From the NCBI GenBank assembly GCA_004764695.1, contig SMSO01000014.1, positions 2,103,648 to 2,167,647 of the forward strand: DNA of 64,000 bases, in the 5' to 3' direction. Source of the DNA: Schizochytrium sp. TIO01 (taxonomy: Eukaryota; Protista; Bigyra: Labyrinthulomycetes). This document shows, piece by piece, positions 44,577 to 55,903 of the stretch. The notes below the pieces were generated by a model. That model worked only from the letters and a program-made list of their open reading frames with translations. It was not told where the DNA came from and ran no database searches. The translations under genes and the position numbers were made by a program. Each line of letters begins with the position of its first letter. The first letter of the stretch is position 1.

Positions 44577-45809
44577 AGCGCGAAATCTACGAAATAACAA
44601 AAAATCCTATTCATTTGCAAAACTCTTTTAAAAGGAAAGAGCATCTTCATAGCACTCCATGCATTGTTGAGATTGAATTGGTTGGTTCAACGATTAGAGC
44701 AGGTATTGAGGCTGGAATTGTTATAATGATGATCTGATCTTCTTTTTCCCCTAAGATGGGCTAGGCTTGTCCTATTACATAATCCCGAGATTTTCTAGCA
44801 TGCCCCCTACACTGAGGAGCTCAGAGGGCAGCTACCAACAAGGCCTCCACTGGAAAAGTAGTTTAGAAGCATCTTACAAAGATGCTTAACAACAAAAATT
44901 GTCTTCGACTCGGCGAATCCTTGCGCTTTGCAAAGCTCCTCTAAGAGCTGCGCGTGTTATCCTCTGCACGCCACTGGATGGCCGAGATGCTTGGCAGCGG
45001 CGTCAGCTGCTGACGACTGCCGCGCGTCCAGCAAGCATGAGCGCTGCAAACCTTGTTTGGAAAACATCATCACGCCTTCATCAGTGTTGCACGTGCTGGT
45101 ACAATCCGAGCACTGGTCCTCTTCAGTTCTCGTGTTGGATAGTTTAAGCATGTCTGCAGAGGATGGCACGGACCTCGTTGTTGGGCAAATTGTGGATGAG
45201 TGTCCTGTCGAGGAGCAGACGGGGCTTGAACATGCTTCAGCAGATTTGTCGAAGGTGCCAAGTGCTTTAAGCAAAGATTCATCATGCAAAGAGACCGACA
45301 TCGAAGAAAATTTGATGGGGCAAAGCCCGCTTGATGAAGATCCGGAGCTCCCATTAAGATTCATGGGGTCAAGCCCTGGAGCTCCAATTCTAGATGTTCT
45401 ACGTTGAGCCAAGCTGTGAGTGCTGCAGGAAATGCATCTATGTATGGTAAGCCTTCAATAACGGCAACGCACTTCATCAACTTACCCAGCACAATGTTAA
45501 TTCAAATACATTCGTCGTCTTTCATAATTCAATTTACTTTATTGTATTCATTCTTCAGACAGCATCATTTACATTTCTTACGTTGGTCTGAAGTAAACTT
45601 AGATAGAATTCATCAGCTTTGCTAACCATCGCATGTTAGATTAAACTCTAGCCATAAGTAAAGGGCCAAAATATCAAATTGGAAAAGTTACACTTAGAAT
45701 TTAACCTTTTGCAAAACTTGCATTTCCTCTGGTGAGAAAATGGGCTTAATCAATCGCGGGTTAAAGCTAACAAGCGACTCAAGACAATTCTAAATGCATG
45801 TCCCTAAAT

Positions 45810-46075
45810 CGGTGACGCAAACAGAGGTGTCCTTGTGCATCACAATCGACAAGTTTTTGTATTGGGGGGGGAGGGGGATTTGAAAATCTTAAATGTTCGA
45901 GCTTGTCGTGGATGGTACCACATTAGTTGTATGGTTTGAAGAGCAATACTTTCGTCAAATAACTAGTTTACACCACTTCTAAAGGGGAGAGCTCGACTTC
46001 GTGAATGAGTGCTTGATTTCGATTTGGGCAAAAGGATAACACGGTAGTTTTCACAGAGCCAAATTGCAAGCATAT
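45810..46075 (-). pseudogene. TnpB/Fanzor2 C-terminal fragment
   Basis: WLCENYRVILLP (about 46061-46026), WCKLVI (45975-45958), DES (45956-45948), CGTIHDKL (45922-45899), VDCDAQG (45850-45830). Multiple frameshifts and substitutions. Confidence 0.75.
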
Positions 46076-46313
46076 GCCAATCTGTCAAATCTTGGTAGTC
46101 CAGTAGGACGTTCAAGCTCGGCTTGTTGAAGTTGACTTCTCTACCGATGCCTTTGTAAACGGCAGAGGCATTTGGATTGGCACCAACCCGGTATTTGGCT
46201 TTTTCTTTTTCCTTGGCGGAGGACACTATAGTACAGATAATGGTAGGATCAGTGTTGTGTTGCTCGGGGCCGCCGCAATAAACCACAGCCATAGATGCCC
46301 TCAGCGTCGTCAC
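46075..46313 (-). pseudogene. IS607 TnpA (serine recombinase) fragment
   Basis: IICTIVSSAKEK resembles IxYARVSSxKQK. GIGREVNFNKPSLNVLLD resembles DIGSGLNFxRxGLxxLLD. gac aga ttg gca (DRLA) lies at 46086-46075 in a shifted frame. Confidence 0.65.
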
Positions 46314-46863
46314 TTGCGAATATGCGATTGCCTACAGGGAAGCACTCGAAGGGAGGCGCCAAACAACTTACCTTACAACTTACCCAAACTTCTGGTTGAA
46401 GTACTTTCATAATTTGAGTTGAAGGTTTGCTTCACCTGTAGTGTTTGGTGCTTGGTAGCTCCTCGGTCATTTCAGTTTCTTGCCCCACATCCATTTCTTA
46501 ACACTGTACTTGAACAACTTGAATTGAAGATTTGCTTTACTTGTAGTCTTGGGAGCGTGGTGGTTCCTCTGCGGGCTCATTTTCTTACCCAACCTCTAAG
46601 ACCTAATAATTGTAATATATCATTTCCTAGCACTCTATTGGAGGGCGGAGGGCAACATGAATAAAGAAGTTACCGCTTGTTTAGAACAGAACACTGTTCT
46701 AGAACGTTTCAAATACGCTCCATTCTAGCTCCAGTCGTTCCCTAACTTGACTTTTCTCTATTTGGAAGAGATGGCACTCTTAGTAGATTATGTTACGTAC
46801 CTAAGGAAAACGAAAATAATGTCAACATTGATATAAATGTTGACAATATCATAAGACATTTTT

Positions 46864-46939
46864 GTGAATTCGCCTTGAGGTGAATTCGTCTTGAGGTGAA
46901 TTCATCTTGAGGCGAATTCATGTTGAGGTGAATTCGTCC
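46864..46939. repeat. 16-bp tandem repeat GTGAATTC(G/A)TCTTGAG, about 4.75 copies
   Basis: Units start at 46864, 46880, 46896, 46912 and 46928; each has a GAATTC core. Confidence 0.92.
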
Positions 46940-47232
46940 AAATTAGTTAGAAGGGGGGGCACACTGGAAAAAGCAGGACGTTAGTTCTTCGCCCGAAGCA
47001 GCTGGAGACTTGAGAGCATGTTTGTCCGCAAGAAACTTTCGGACGCGCTTTGCAGACCGTAGCACTCCTGGATACTTCGGGGGGGGGGGGGGCTGCTGTC
47101 AACTAAGATGACTTTTTTCAACTCTGTGTAGCTTTTTAGAACGTAGCGGAGCGCAAGGCGATGCATCAACCTTGCATTCTCGCGATCTCGCTTTCCTCTA
47201 TTGAACAACTCAACCACTCGGAGCTCAGAGAG

Positions 47233-47553
47233 ACAGCGACGAAACAAAAACTTAAGGGCAACATTCAAGCGTAAGCTGTGAGAGCTAGAGACGAAGCTAT
47301 GAGCGGACGGCTCATTCTGTCTGCGCCGAAAGTCATACAGCGACGAAACGAAAACTGAAGGGCAACATTCAAGCGTAAGCTATGAGAGCTAGAGACGAAG
47401 CTATGAGCAGACGGCTCATTCTGTCTGCGCCGAAAGTCATACAGCGACGAAACGAAAACTTAAGGGCAACATTCAAGCGTAAGCTGTGAGAGCTAGAGAC
47501 GAAGCTATGAGCAGACGGCTCATTCTGTCTGCGCCGAAAGTCATACAGCGACG
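47233..47553. repeat. 104-bp tandem repeat, 3 near-identical copies plus 9 bp
   Basis: ACAGCGACG recurs at 47233, 47337, 47441 and 47545; only a few substitutions separate the copies. Confidence 0.95.
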
Positions 47554-49920
47554 TTCCTTGACCCTTGAGCGTTGCATTCAACAGGACACTGCCGCTCTTG
47601 AGGATTTATAGACGCGAGAAGCAGCGGAAATAAGCAACACCAAAATAGTAAGATTTATGTACTCACTTTGGGTTTCAACTATTTACTACTTTGAGAAAAG
47701 ATAAGTCCATATTCTCCAAACTTTTGGAGTATCCTGATTGTGAAATGAATGTTTAAATATTTAATCTAGATATACGTCTTCGACGTTAATGCGTTAGTTC
47801 GTGGTGCAGAAGGTAAGTATTGGACACTGTTAGGGGACACAAATTAAATTGCAGAGTCATTGGCCAAAGTTGGATCATGAACAAACCAAGGCCGCTCAAA
47901 GAATCAAACTTTCAGGTCTTTTGAGCGACGGTAGGTTCATATTGGCTCAAGACGTTGTCCACACGCTAACCCTCAATATTGCTAAATCCAATCGAATGAA
48001 TGGACACAGTTTTGCAAGAGTTATCGGCGTCCGTTTGGAAGCCTTGAAAGCATAAGTGTCGTGGTTGTGAATCTAAGATAGCCGAAACCTAAAACTAGAC
48101 AAACACATTTACTAGAATTACGTCTTGTGAAGTCCATATTGGTAGTCGAAAAGATATGTTAAACTACCCCTCTTCAATTGTATTGAGTACAGATCAGGTA
48201 CTTGTCTCTTAGGTGTCACAGGGATCAACCTTTTAGGAATTCATCTCCAGGGACAACACCATGGTTAAAGGATGAAAGTATGAGGATTGACGAAGGTTCA
48301 TTATATATCGGCTTCTAGGGTTTGTGGTTTGGGTTTGTGATTTGTTGTGATCAAGTCGAATTCCAAGGAAAACAGATTCCTATTTTATTAGGAAATTTTG
48401 CAAGACTTTATCTGTATTACTAATTGTCGAAGGGGTCTGAGTTGACTCAATTTTTAACCACCAACTTTGCTTACACCATACTTGACCAATTAGAAACATA
48501 TTTACACTTTTGGTTTTTCGAGCATTCTTCTCCGCAAACACGCTCATGAATTTATTTTATTCCTGTGAATTCTGATTTATTAGGACTTACAGAGGTATGC
48601 CAAGAACCTCAGCAGTGCGTTCGTTGTCTGCATATTCATTGGGGTGGGGGTTTCAGCAAATTTCTTTAGTAGATAACCTATCGGTGTTAAATTATTGCAA
48701 TTATAACTTTAATATTACACACGAATATGAGACAGGTACCAATCTTTCAGAATAACTTGGCGAATTTAAGTTATTTTTTTTGCGGCATATTGCTCTCCAT
48801 AATTCTACATGAGCTTCTGACTCTGTTTCTACCGAAGGATGAATCTTAGCAAGCTGGAAAAAATTAAATGCAGGGTTTCTGAATGTGGGCGTGGGGTTAT
48901 GCTTTATACCTGCCTTGATTCTTTGAATTGACTATAGTAGACACGAAAATTGTATTTAGTTTAGTGACGTCTATCAGATAAACTTTAAAGGGGGATTCTT
49001 GAAACTGATTCCTCATCACCTGTTTATATCATCGAAACGCTGATTGTCAGTCCTGATCAAACTAGAGTTTGATTGAGCAAGGTGAGGCTTACAGCTTGAA
49101 GACAGCAGTGGAAAGTCTTAGATATGAGGAATGAAGCTAATGTCAAAAACTGTAGTGATAAGCAAACTTTAAAAGTTCCATTTCAGAGGATATTATAATC
49201 CTTTATATATATATGAAGCGTTATGAACTTTGCAATATTGTGATATGTTAAATGTTCCCATTTATATACACAGCCACTACTTTTGGGTTTGGCTAGTATC
49301 ACATCCTTCTGTTACGCATGTATGCCAGACACACTTTAAGTATAAGAAGCAGTCAATTAAACGCATACATATTCTCTTACGCACATCTGGTTGCCCTTGG
49401 GACTAAACCGGAATCGGCAAGGAAACGTAGTAAACGTAGTTTATAAGATTGCAGCACTTTGTTGTTCTTAAATTCTTGATTTCTGGGAATGTTACTGCAA
49501 ATACGAAAATTTAAATATTTTAAACCATTATTCTGTTGGGTAGAAGACAATCATTGTTCATGTAAATCTCTTGTCTTTTATGTCCATACTGGAGATGTGA
49601 CAAAGTGGTTCCGCATACTTCAATTGAAACGATATTTTGAATGAAACTACAATATTTCAAGTAAGGTAGTTTCTTTAATTTGCCTATCCTCGTTTTGGAA
49701 AGCCTATTGTGTGAAATATAGGTGAAAATTAAAAAGTAGTTAGGTTTGCACAAGGATAGCTGTGACTTTTGCGCAATGTTTTTGATCTAATCTGAGAGAT
49801 ACCTGTGCTTTTGGTTGATTGAGATAAAACTACGTAGCAGAAAGCATTATTTAAGTTGAGCTATGATAAACACGTTTCGACAAGTTGAATTGAGTAGATC
49901 CGGAAATATTGATATAAGTG

Positions 49921-50535
49921 TTACAGATTGCTGATGTTTGTACAGGTAGACATATCAGAGTCATCATCGTCGGGAACGTGACGTGAAGTACTCAAACCTG
50001 AGTAACTTTGTCTATAAATATCGACGTTCCCAATTGATTTGCCGTTTGGCTGTACAAAAATGTGTGCCGAAGTGAATGTTTGCCCAGCTTCAACTTCATG
50101 CTGGTGGAGCTGGAATTGGCTTTGCTCAATCAAAGACGTTTCAGAGACAGTGGCTACTGTATCAATGTCTTTCTGTGCTAGAGAATCAACTACACCACTG
50201 AAAACGGGCAAATTGATGGTTGCTCGCATGCGATGTTGCCTTGGCTCTCGTTTGCGACTGAGCTTGCGGTTCTCATAGAATGATGAGATCACTGTTGGTT
50301 TTACAAATGTGTGCGATGCACTGTGAATGTGATGATTTGATTGCGTGTGAATATGTGTTGTTGCGTCATGCAGAGGCAAAACATTCCTTTTCAAAATTGG
50401 GACCACGGGCGCTGAGCCTGCCCGGGTCTTGTTGCTGTTAGAGGAGAATCGCATGTTACAACTAGTGGCTTGCAATGCCATTGCTGTAGCGATTGGATCA
50501 AAATCGTGGGGAGAGAGAATACTGCTGACACTCAT
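49921..50535 (-). CDS. Uncharacterised 204-aa protein
   Basis: Longest ORF in the last 20 kb, ATG start, protein-like composition (His-rich patch, basic RKLSRKREPRQHRMR, acidic tail). No family recognised. Confidence 0.6.
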   Translation of the reverse strand: MSVSSILSPHDFDPIATAMALQATSCNMRFSSNSNKTRAGSAPVVPILKRNVLPLHDATTHIHTQSNHHIHSASHTFVKPTVISSFYENRKLSRKREPRQHRMRATINLPVFSGVVDSLAQKDIDTVATVSETSLIEQSQFQLHQHEVEAGQTFTSAHIFVQPNGKSIGNVDIYRQSYSGLSTSRHVPDDDDSDMSTCTNISNL

Positions 50536-52006
50536 TCACTTTCGTTCGTGGAAACTATTTGTGTGCCTCTCTCTGCTTGCGAACTTCCTCGGCAGATCCT
50601 CTTGCGATCTTTCACTACGCCACTTTATATTTACTACCTTTCGGAGTATGTGATGCAGTTATTTCGAGCGTCGAGACCGTCTTTACTGTTTACAAGCAAG
50701 CTTCGCAGATGCCGTCTGGTTGGTGCCTCCAAGCTCAGAGCTAGTATCTGGATTTCAGTACCTCACCTCGTGATCAAAAATGTGCGTTGCGCAGACGCCC
50801 AGTAAAATCTTTTAAATGCCCCGACCCACGTGTGGCGGTTGATTCGCTTTGGTCTTTCAAATCAATCCAAGGCGCACCCGATGTAGGCAGGCAGGCAGGC
50901 AGGCACGTGAGTAGCAAAAGAACGAGGCCGGTTCGGTTGGGCCAAGCTTCTTTGGTTTACCACGTGAACAATTTGAAGGAGGCACCAAGAGGAGGGAGTC
51001 GCAGTCCTAATCAACGCAATCCCCTTTTCGCTGCAAGCAGCAGCTGCGTCCGTTCGCAGTTAGTCGTTGCGAGGTTGAGCTGAGTTGGGTAGCTAAGCAA
51101 GAGAGAAGAGTGGTCAGCCGGCTAGCACTTCGCCAGCGGCCGCCGCGTTCCAAGCGACGCTAGCTACCGATCGACCACTGCGATCGACCGAGGAAGGCGC
51201 AACTGGCCTCGATTGGGGTTTTGCTGCCTCGAAAGAATCGTCGAGTGGCTATTTTCTTTTTTCTTTTCTTTTTTCCTTTCTTTTCAATTAAAAGCGCTAA
51301 AAACAGACCAACAAAAAACTGCCCTCCTTTTTTAAACAAAGACTTAAACACTTAAACGAAAAATAAACTAAAAGACAAAGTCGAGATTGAAAAAATGGTT
51401 GTTGAATTGAAAAGAACAACCTAGGTTTTAAAGAAGCTTTCAATAAAAAGTAGGTCTGCTTCTTATTGCAGCTGGGTTGCGAAAGAAGGATAAAGGGCGA
51501 AAGGTTCGACTCGCTGGAATAATAATAAGAAAAATAAAAGTCAAATGGAAAGAAAGTTTACATTCCTTCGTTTTGTTAATACTCCGTCTTAATCTTGCTG
51601 ATTAAATGAATCTCATCTTGAATTATGAGTGAAAAGAAAGGACGAACGATTTTTTAGGGTAAAGTACATGAAAAGTCTCTCTTAGGAAGAGGAAAGAGGA
51701 CTTCCAAAAGATGAAGGGGGCAATTGATTGGGCAGAGTTCACGAAAGAGATTATTAAATGTTGCTCCCACGCAAAAATGATCCTTGGTCATATCGCTATA
51801 TTCGTTGGTTTATGGGGTTTTGCACGCCATACTGCATATCGAGGGTTCCAAACCACTATGAACTGCGCAGCTCTAGCCTCAAAGATTAAGGCATGAGTCT
51901 TTGCTTGCATGCATTTTCTTTCTTTCGTTCTTGAGATCAGACTTTCTACAATTCGAATTATGAAAACTAAAGAATATTAACCATTTTATTTTCAAAAGAT
52001 AGAAAA

Positions 52007-52197
52007 GTAAGTAAGTAAGTCTCTTGAGCCTCCCAATAAGTAAGTAATTCTAAGTCTCCCAATAAGGAAGTAATTCTGAGTCTCCCAATAAGTAGGTAAT
52101 TCTAGGTCTCTAAGTAAGTAAGTCTTTTCATAAGAAATAAAGTGTAATAAGTAAGTAAGTAAGCCTCTAGGTAAGCAAATAAGTAAGTAAGTAAGTA
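52007..52197. repeat. Degenerate (TAAG)n array with a repeated TCTCCC(C)AATAAG motif
   Basis: Directly visible. Confidence 0.8.
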
Positions 52198-54248
52198 AAG
52201 GAATGAATAACGAATGAACGAATGATATTTATTGTTATCGTTACTATCACGTATCTATGAAAACCTGCTATCGCTATCGTACCCATACAATACACCACCA
52301 ATGAACAGAAAAGAAAGAGCCCCTTTCATTTCATTTCAACCCAACACACCAAAAGGCAGTACTCCAACGGCAATAACTAAAACTAAACTAAACAAAACTA
52401 AACTAGAATATCTCCATCTCATTGGGCACACGCAAATCAGTACATCCGAGTTTCTCATGCCTAGTTTCGATTCATCTATCCATCCATCCACCTACGAACA
52501 GAAGTGGACCTATGTAAGTAAGTAACCAAGTCCCGGCTTCGTCTCGATCGAGGAGACGATGATTTTTTCGAGGTAAGACGCAAAGGTGCGATCCCGTCGC
52601 GTTTCCCAGCAAACCTAAATGCCAACTACAAATAATTTGGTATCGGGAATGATAAACGGGGCTGCAAAACAAACAAATCAACAAATCAACAAATCAACAG
52701 ATAAACAGAAATAGAAAAATAAATATACATACATACATACATACATATGTACATACATATACATCACACTCGAGGAGACTCGTTTCCGTGGACTCGTTTA
52801 CTGATCGTTGAGGCTTTTGGTTTGGAGGAAAGTTTCCGTACCAAAGCTGCTGGAATCAATAAGAGCTTTCGAGTCTTCTTTTATTTTCACATCAAGGATC
52901 GCAACTGCCATCATCTCCTTCCTTCCTTCCTCCTTCTTCCCTATTTTTTTAAAAAAAATTTGTTCAAAGTTGATTGTTCAATTCTTTTCAAGGCCTCCGC
53001 TTTCGCTTCCGCTTCCGCTTGCGGGCTTCGCGTGTAAACAAATATGCACCATGCGCTCCTGCTTCTCATTCCAGCAACCGATCCCTCAGCGCAGCGGCAG
53101 AGAGGCCACGAAAAGGCTTCGAAGCCCATCAATGAACCATTCACGATCCCAATTGACCTCGCTCTGCATACGTACACCCCCGCCAACGGAGACTCTGAAC
53201 GCATTCATCGAGAGGCATCATAACTTTGCAAGCAAGTTTTGTCCCTTTTCTTCTTGTTGTTTATTGATCTATTTTCTTTGATTAAACAAGAAAAAGAAAA
53301 AGAAAAAGAAAAGAAAGAGAATTGCGAAATAGGGTCTTATGAAGATAGATAGATCGTACGAAAGGCGGCGTAAATCTTTTGGGATGCCCTCTGGTTCCGA
53401 GCTCACAACATGCCCTCAAAAGAGAGAGGTTCTGGGCACTGTCTTTTGCTCTCTCTTTGGAGAATTGCGGTGCAGTTCTGAGCATTCTGCACTCAAAGAC
53501 TCGCGACGCTTAAGTAGGTCCGAGCGCTCCCTTCTCTTTCAGTCAGTTGGTTCATACAAAATCTTTGCCGTTTATGTGTTTCGTTGCTTTTTGCTTTTTG
53601 CTTTTTTCTTTTTTCTTTTTTCTCTTTTTATTTTATTTTAATTAAATCATTTAATTAAAATAAAAAGCTTGAAACCAGAAGAGGAATGGATATAATACTG
53701 AGTAACGTGTCGCCGCGCTTCTTTTCATTTCCCCGACTCGACCTATGTTCAATCATTGCTTCTCTTCTTTTCAAAGGGTCTTGCTCTTTCCAAAAGCATG
53801 CACCTTGTGGTACCTACTCGCAACATATTGAACCGAGGGCAACATATGCGACTACTACTGAGGAGCAAATGAATGACCCAGCAAATGAAACTTTAAAAAT
53901 GGAGGATTGAATGAATGAATAAATGAATGAATTAGTTGAACACAAGCAGTTTGAGACCCAGAAAGCCTCGCGATGCGGCCTCTATCTATCGACGTCGAGG
54001 CTGCAAAGGGCCTATGCGGGAGAGGCAGTTAGTTAGCTGCCCTCTTTCGCTTACATCTGCTGAGGCTTCTTTCGATGGACGGTCTTTTTCCACGGCCTCT
54101 TGTTTCTCTATTCTTGTTTCTCTATGCTGCAATACATCAATCAATACATCAATCAATACATCGATCAATCAACTAATCACAGCTCTGACTCGCGGAGGAA
54201 GCCTCCAGCGTAGCCTCAATGTATTTGACTTTTGATTGACTGACTGAT

Positions 54249-54250
54249 TT

Positions 54251-54296
<46 letters not shown>
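54249..54296. repeat. (TTTC)n microsatellite
   Basis: About 12 units. Confidence 0.95.
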
Positions 54297-54298
<2 letters not shown>

Positions 54299-55656
54299 TT
54301 TGTATCGCATTAAAAGATCAAGAGAAAGAAGCAGCTGAGGAGGATGAGGAGGAGGAAGACAGGTACAAAATAACGTTCCAGACCAGAATCGAAGCGAATG
54401 AGACAAAACGCGCCGGAACAGAAGAATATATTGCATTTATTTGCAAGCAACAGCCACGACAAATGGGTCAACGAAAGAATTAGTGAAAGAAAGAATAAGT
54501 GCGAATAGGCGAGTGAATGAATGAGCGAACGAATGAATTAGTTGAATACAAGCCAGTTTGAGACCAAGGCTCGACTGGCACTCACTTGATCACTCAATTA
54601 TTCGTGTCACTGTCGACGGTACCAAAGTAACCGCAACTTCCTCGTTGAGGCGCGCGCCCCAAACTAAGAAGAAATCAATTGATGGCGCTGCATTGTATGT
54701 TGTAAGGTGCTCAGTATCCATTCATTTCATTGCGCAACAACGAGAGATTTATGATTATTGTTATGATTATAATTAGTACATTATAATATACATTTTGGGG
54801 GGGTGCTTTACTTTTACTTTACTTTTTTCTTTCTCCTTGTAAAGTGTACACAAAAGTAAAGTAACCAGCTCAAGAAATCGGCAATCAATGAGCTTCTGCT
54901 AGCTTGCTGTAACCTCGAACAAGCAAAGCAGCACTCTGGCGACAGCGCGAAAGCCGCAGCATCTCCAAAGAGAGACGCTGTAGCGATGGTTGTAAAGCAG
55001 CTGCGTCGTCTTATATGTGCCCTTGCCTTCACTCTGCCCAGAACTTCGCCCTTTACGAGCAGGTTTCTGAAAACCAACTTACATTGAATGTATACATTCA
55101 AGGAATGTATGAATGAATGAAACAAACAAACACTGAGTAAGTAGATTAGGTGAAGAAACAGGTAATCCAGAGGCAGTAGGTACTTAAGTGCTCCGCTCTT
55201 CTGAGCAGTTAGTGGGATCGTGAGGAGGGAAACGCGCGTTTTCCTCCATAAAAAGACAGACTCGATTGATGATGGAGGTTTGTCTTATTATTTAAAATAA
55301 TATTTGTTATTACTTCATTATCACAACAAGAGTATTTTAAAATAGTAACAATAATATCTGATATGCTATTATTTACTATTGGGGTCCTGAGTAGATTAGA
55401 TTCTCTGGGGCTACGGAAGCCTTTCCAGACTTTGGCGAATCTGGGCTCCTCAGAGATCTCCCGCTTTTCGCCACCTATGATTGATATGCTTGCCATTGCA
55501 CCGCTTTCATTCGCCTGTAAAAAGCGAAACGACAGCTTTTCAACATCCTCTGCAACCTTCAACACACAGCCTAATCGGAGCATTACTCTTTGTGTGCCAA
55601 AGCCTAAAAAAAATCAAGGATGACGGACGAACAAACAACTTCGAACAAACAACTTC

Positions 55657-55903
55657 AAACAAACAAACAAACAAACAAACAAACAAACAAACAAACAAAC
55701 AAACAAACAAACAAACAAACAAACAAACAAACAAACAAACAAACAAACAAACAAACAAACAAACAAACAAACAAACAAACAAACAAACAAACAAACAAAC
55801 AAACAAACAAACAAACAAACAAACAAACAAACAAACAAACAAACAAACAAACAAACAAACAAACAAACAAACAAACAAACAAACAAACAAACAAACAAAC
55901 AAA
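55657..55903. repeat. Long perfect (AAAC)n microsatellite
   Basis: About 61 uninterrupted units; source of the spurious FVCL/KQTN ORFs. Confidence 0.98.

Larger units (their letters stand above)
45700..46400 (-). mobile_element. Decayed, internally deleted IS607-family element (serine recombinase TnpA remnant plus TnpB/Fanzor2 remnant); ends approximate
   Basis: Minus strand, in order: VSSAKEK...PNA...KGIGREVNFNKPSLNVLLD and frameshifted DRLA (TnpA-like). Then LAIWLCENYRVILLPK, QALIH, WCKLVI-DES, CGTIHDKL, KIFKSP and VDCDAQG across frameshifts (TnpB/Fanzor2 RuvC-II, zinc ribbon, RuvC-III). Confidence 0.75.

Noticed and set aside
44899-45412. Overlapping 150-160-aa ORFs on both strands
   Set aside because: Non-ATG starts and no recognisable motifs; may be decayed coding DNA but no call is supportable.
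46981-47268. 95-aa minus-strand ORF as a transposase fragment
   Set aside because: It begins inside the 104-bp repeat, spans a G homopolymer and shows no convincing DDE or recombinase motif.
46864-47553. CRISPR-like array (16-bp and 104-bp repeats)
   Set aside because: The repeats are head-to-tail with no unique spacers, there are no cas genes, and the context is eukaryotic.
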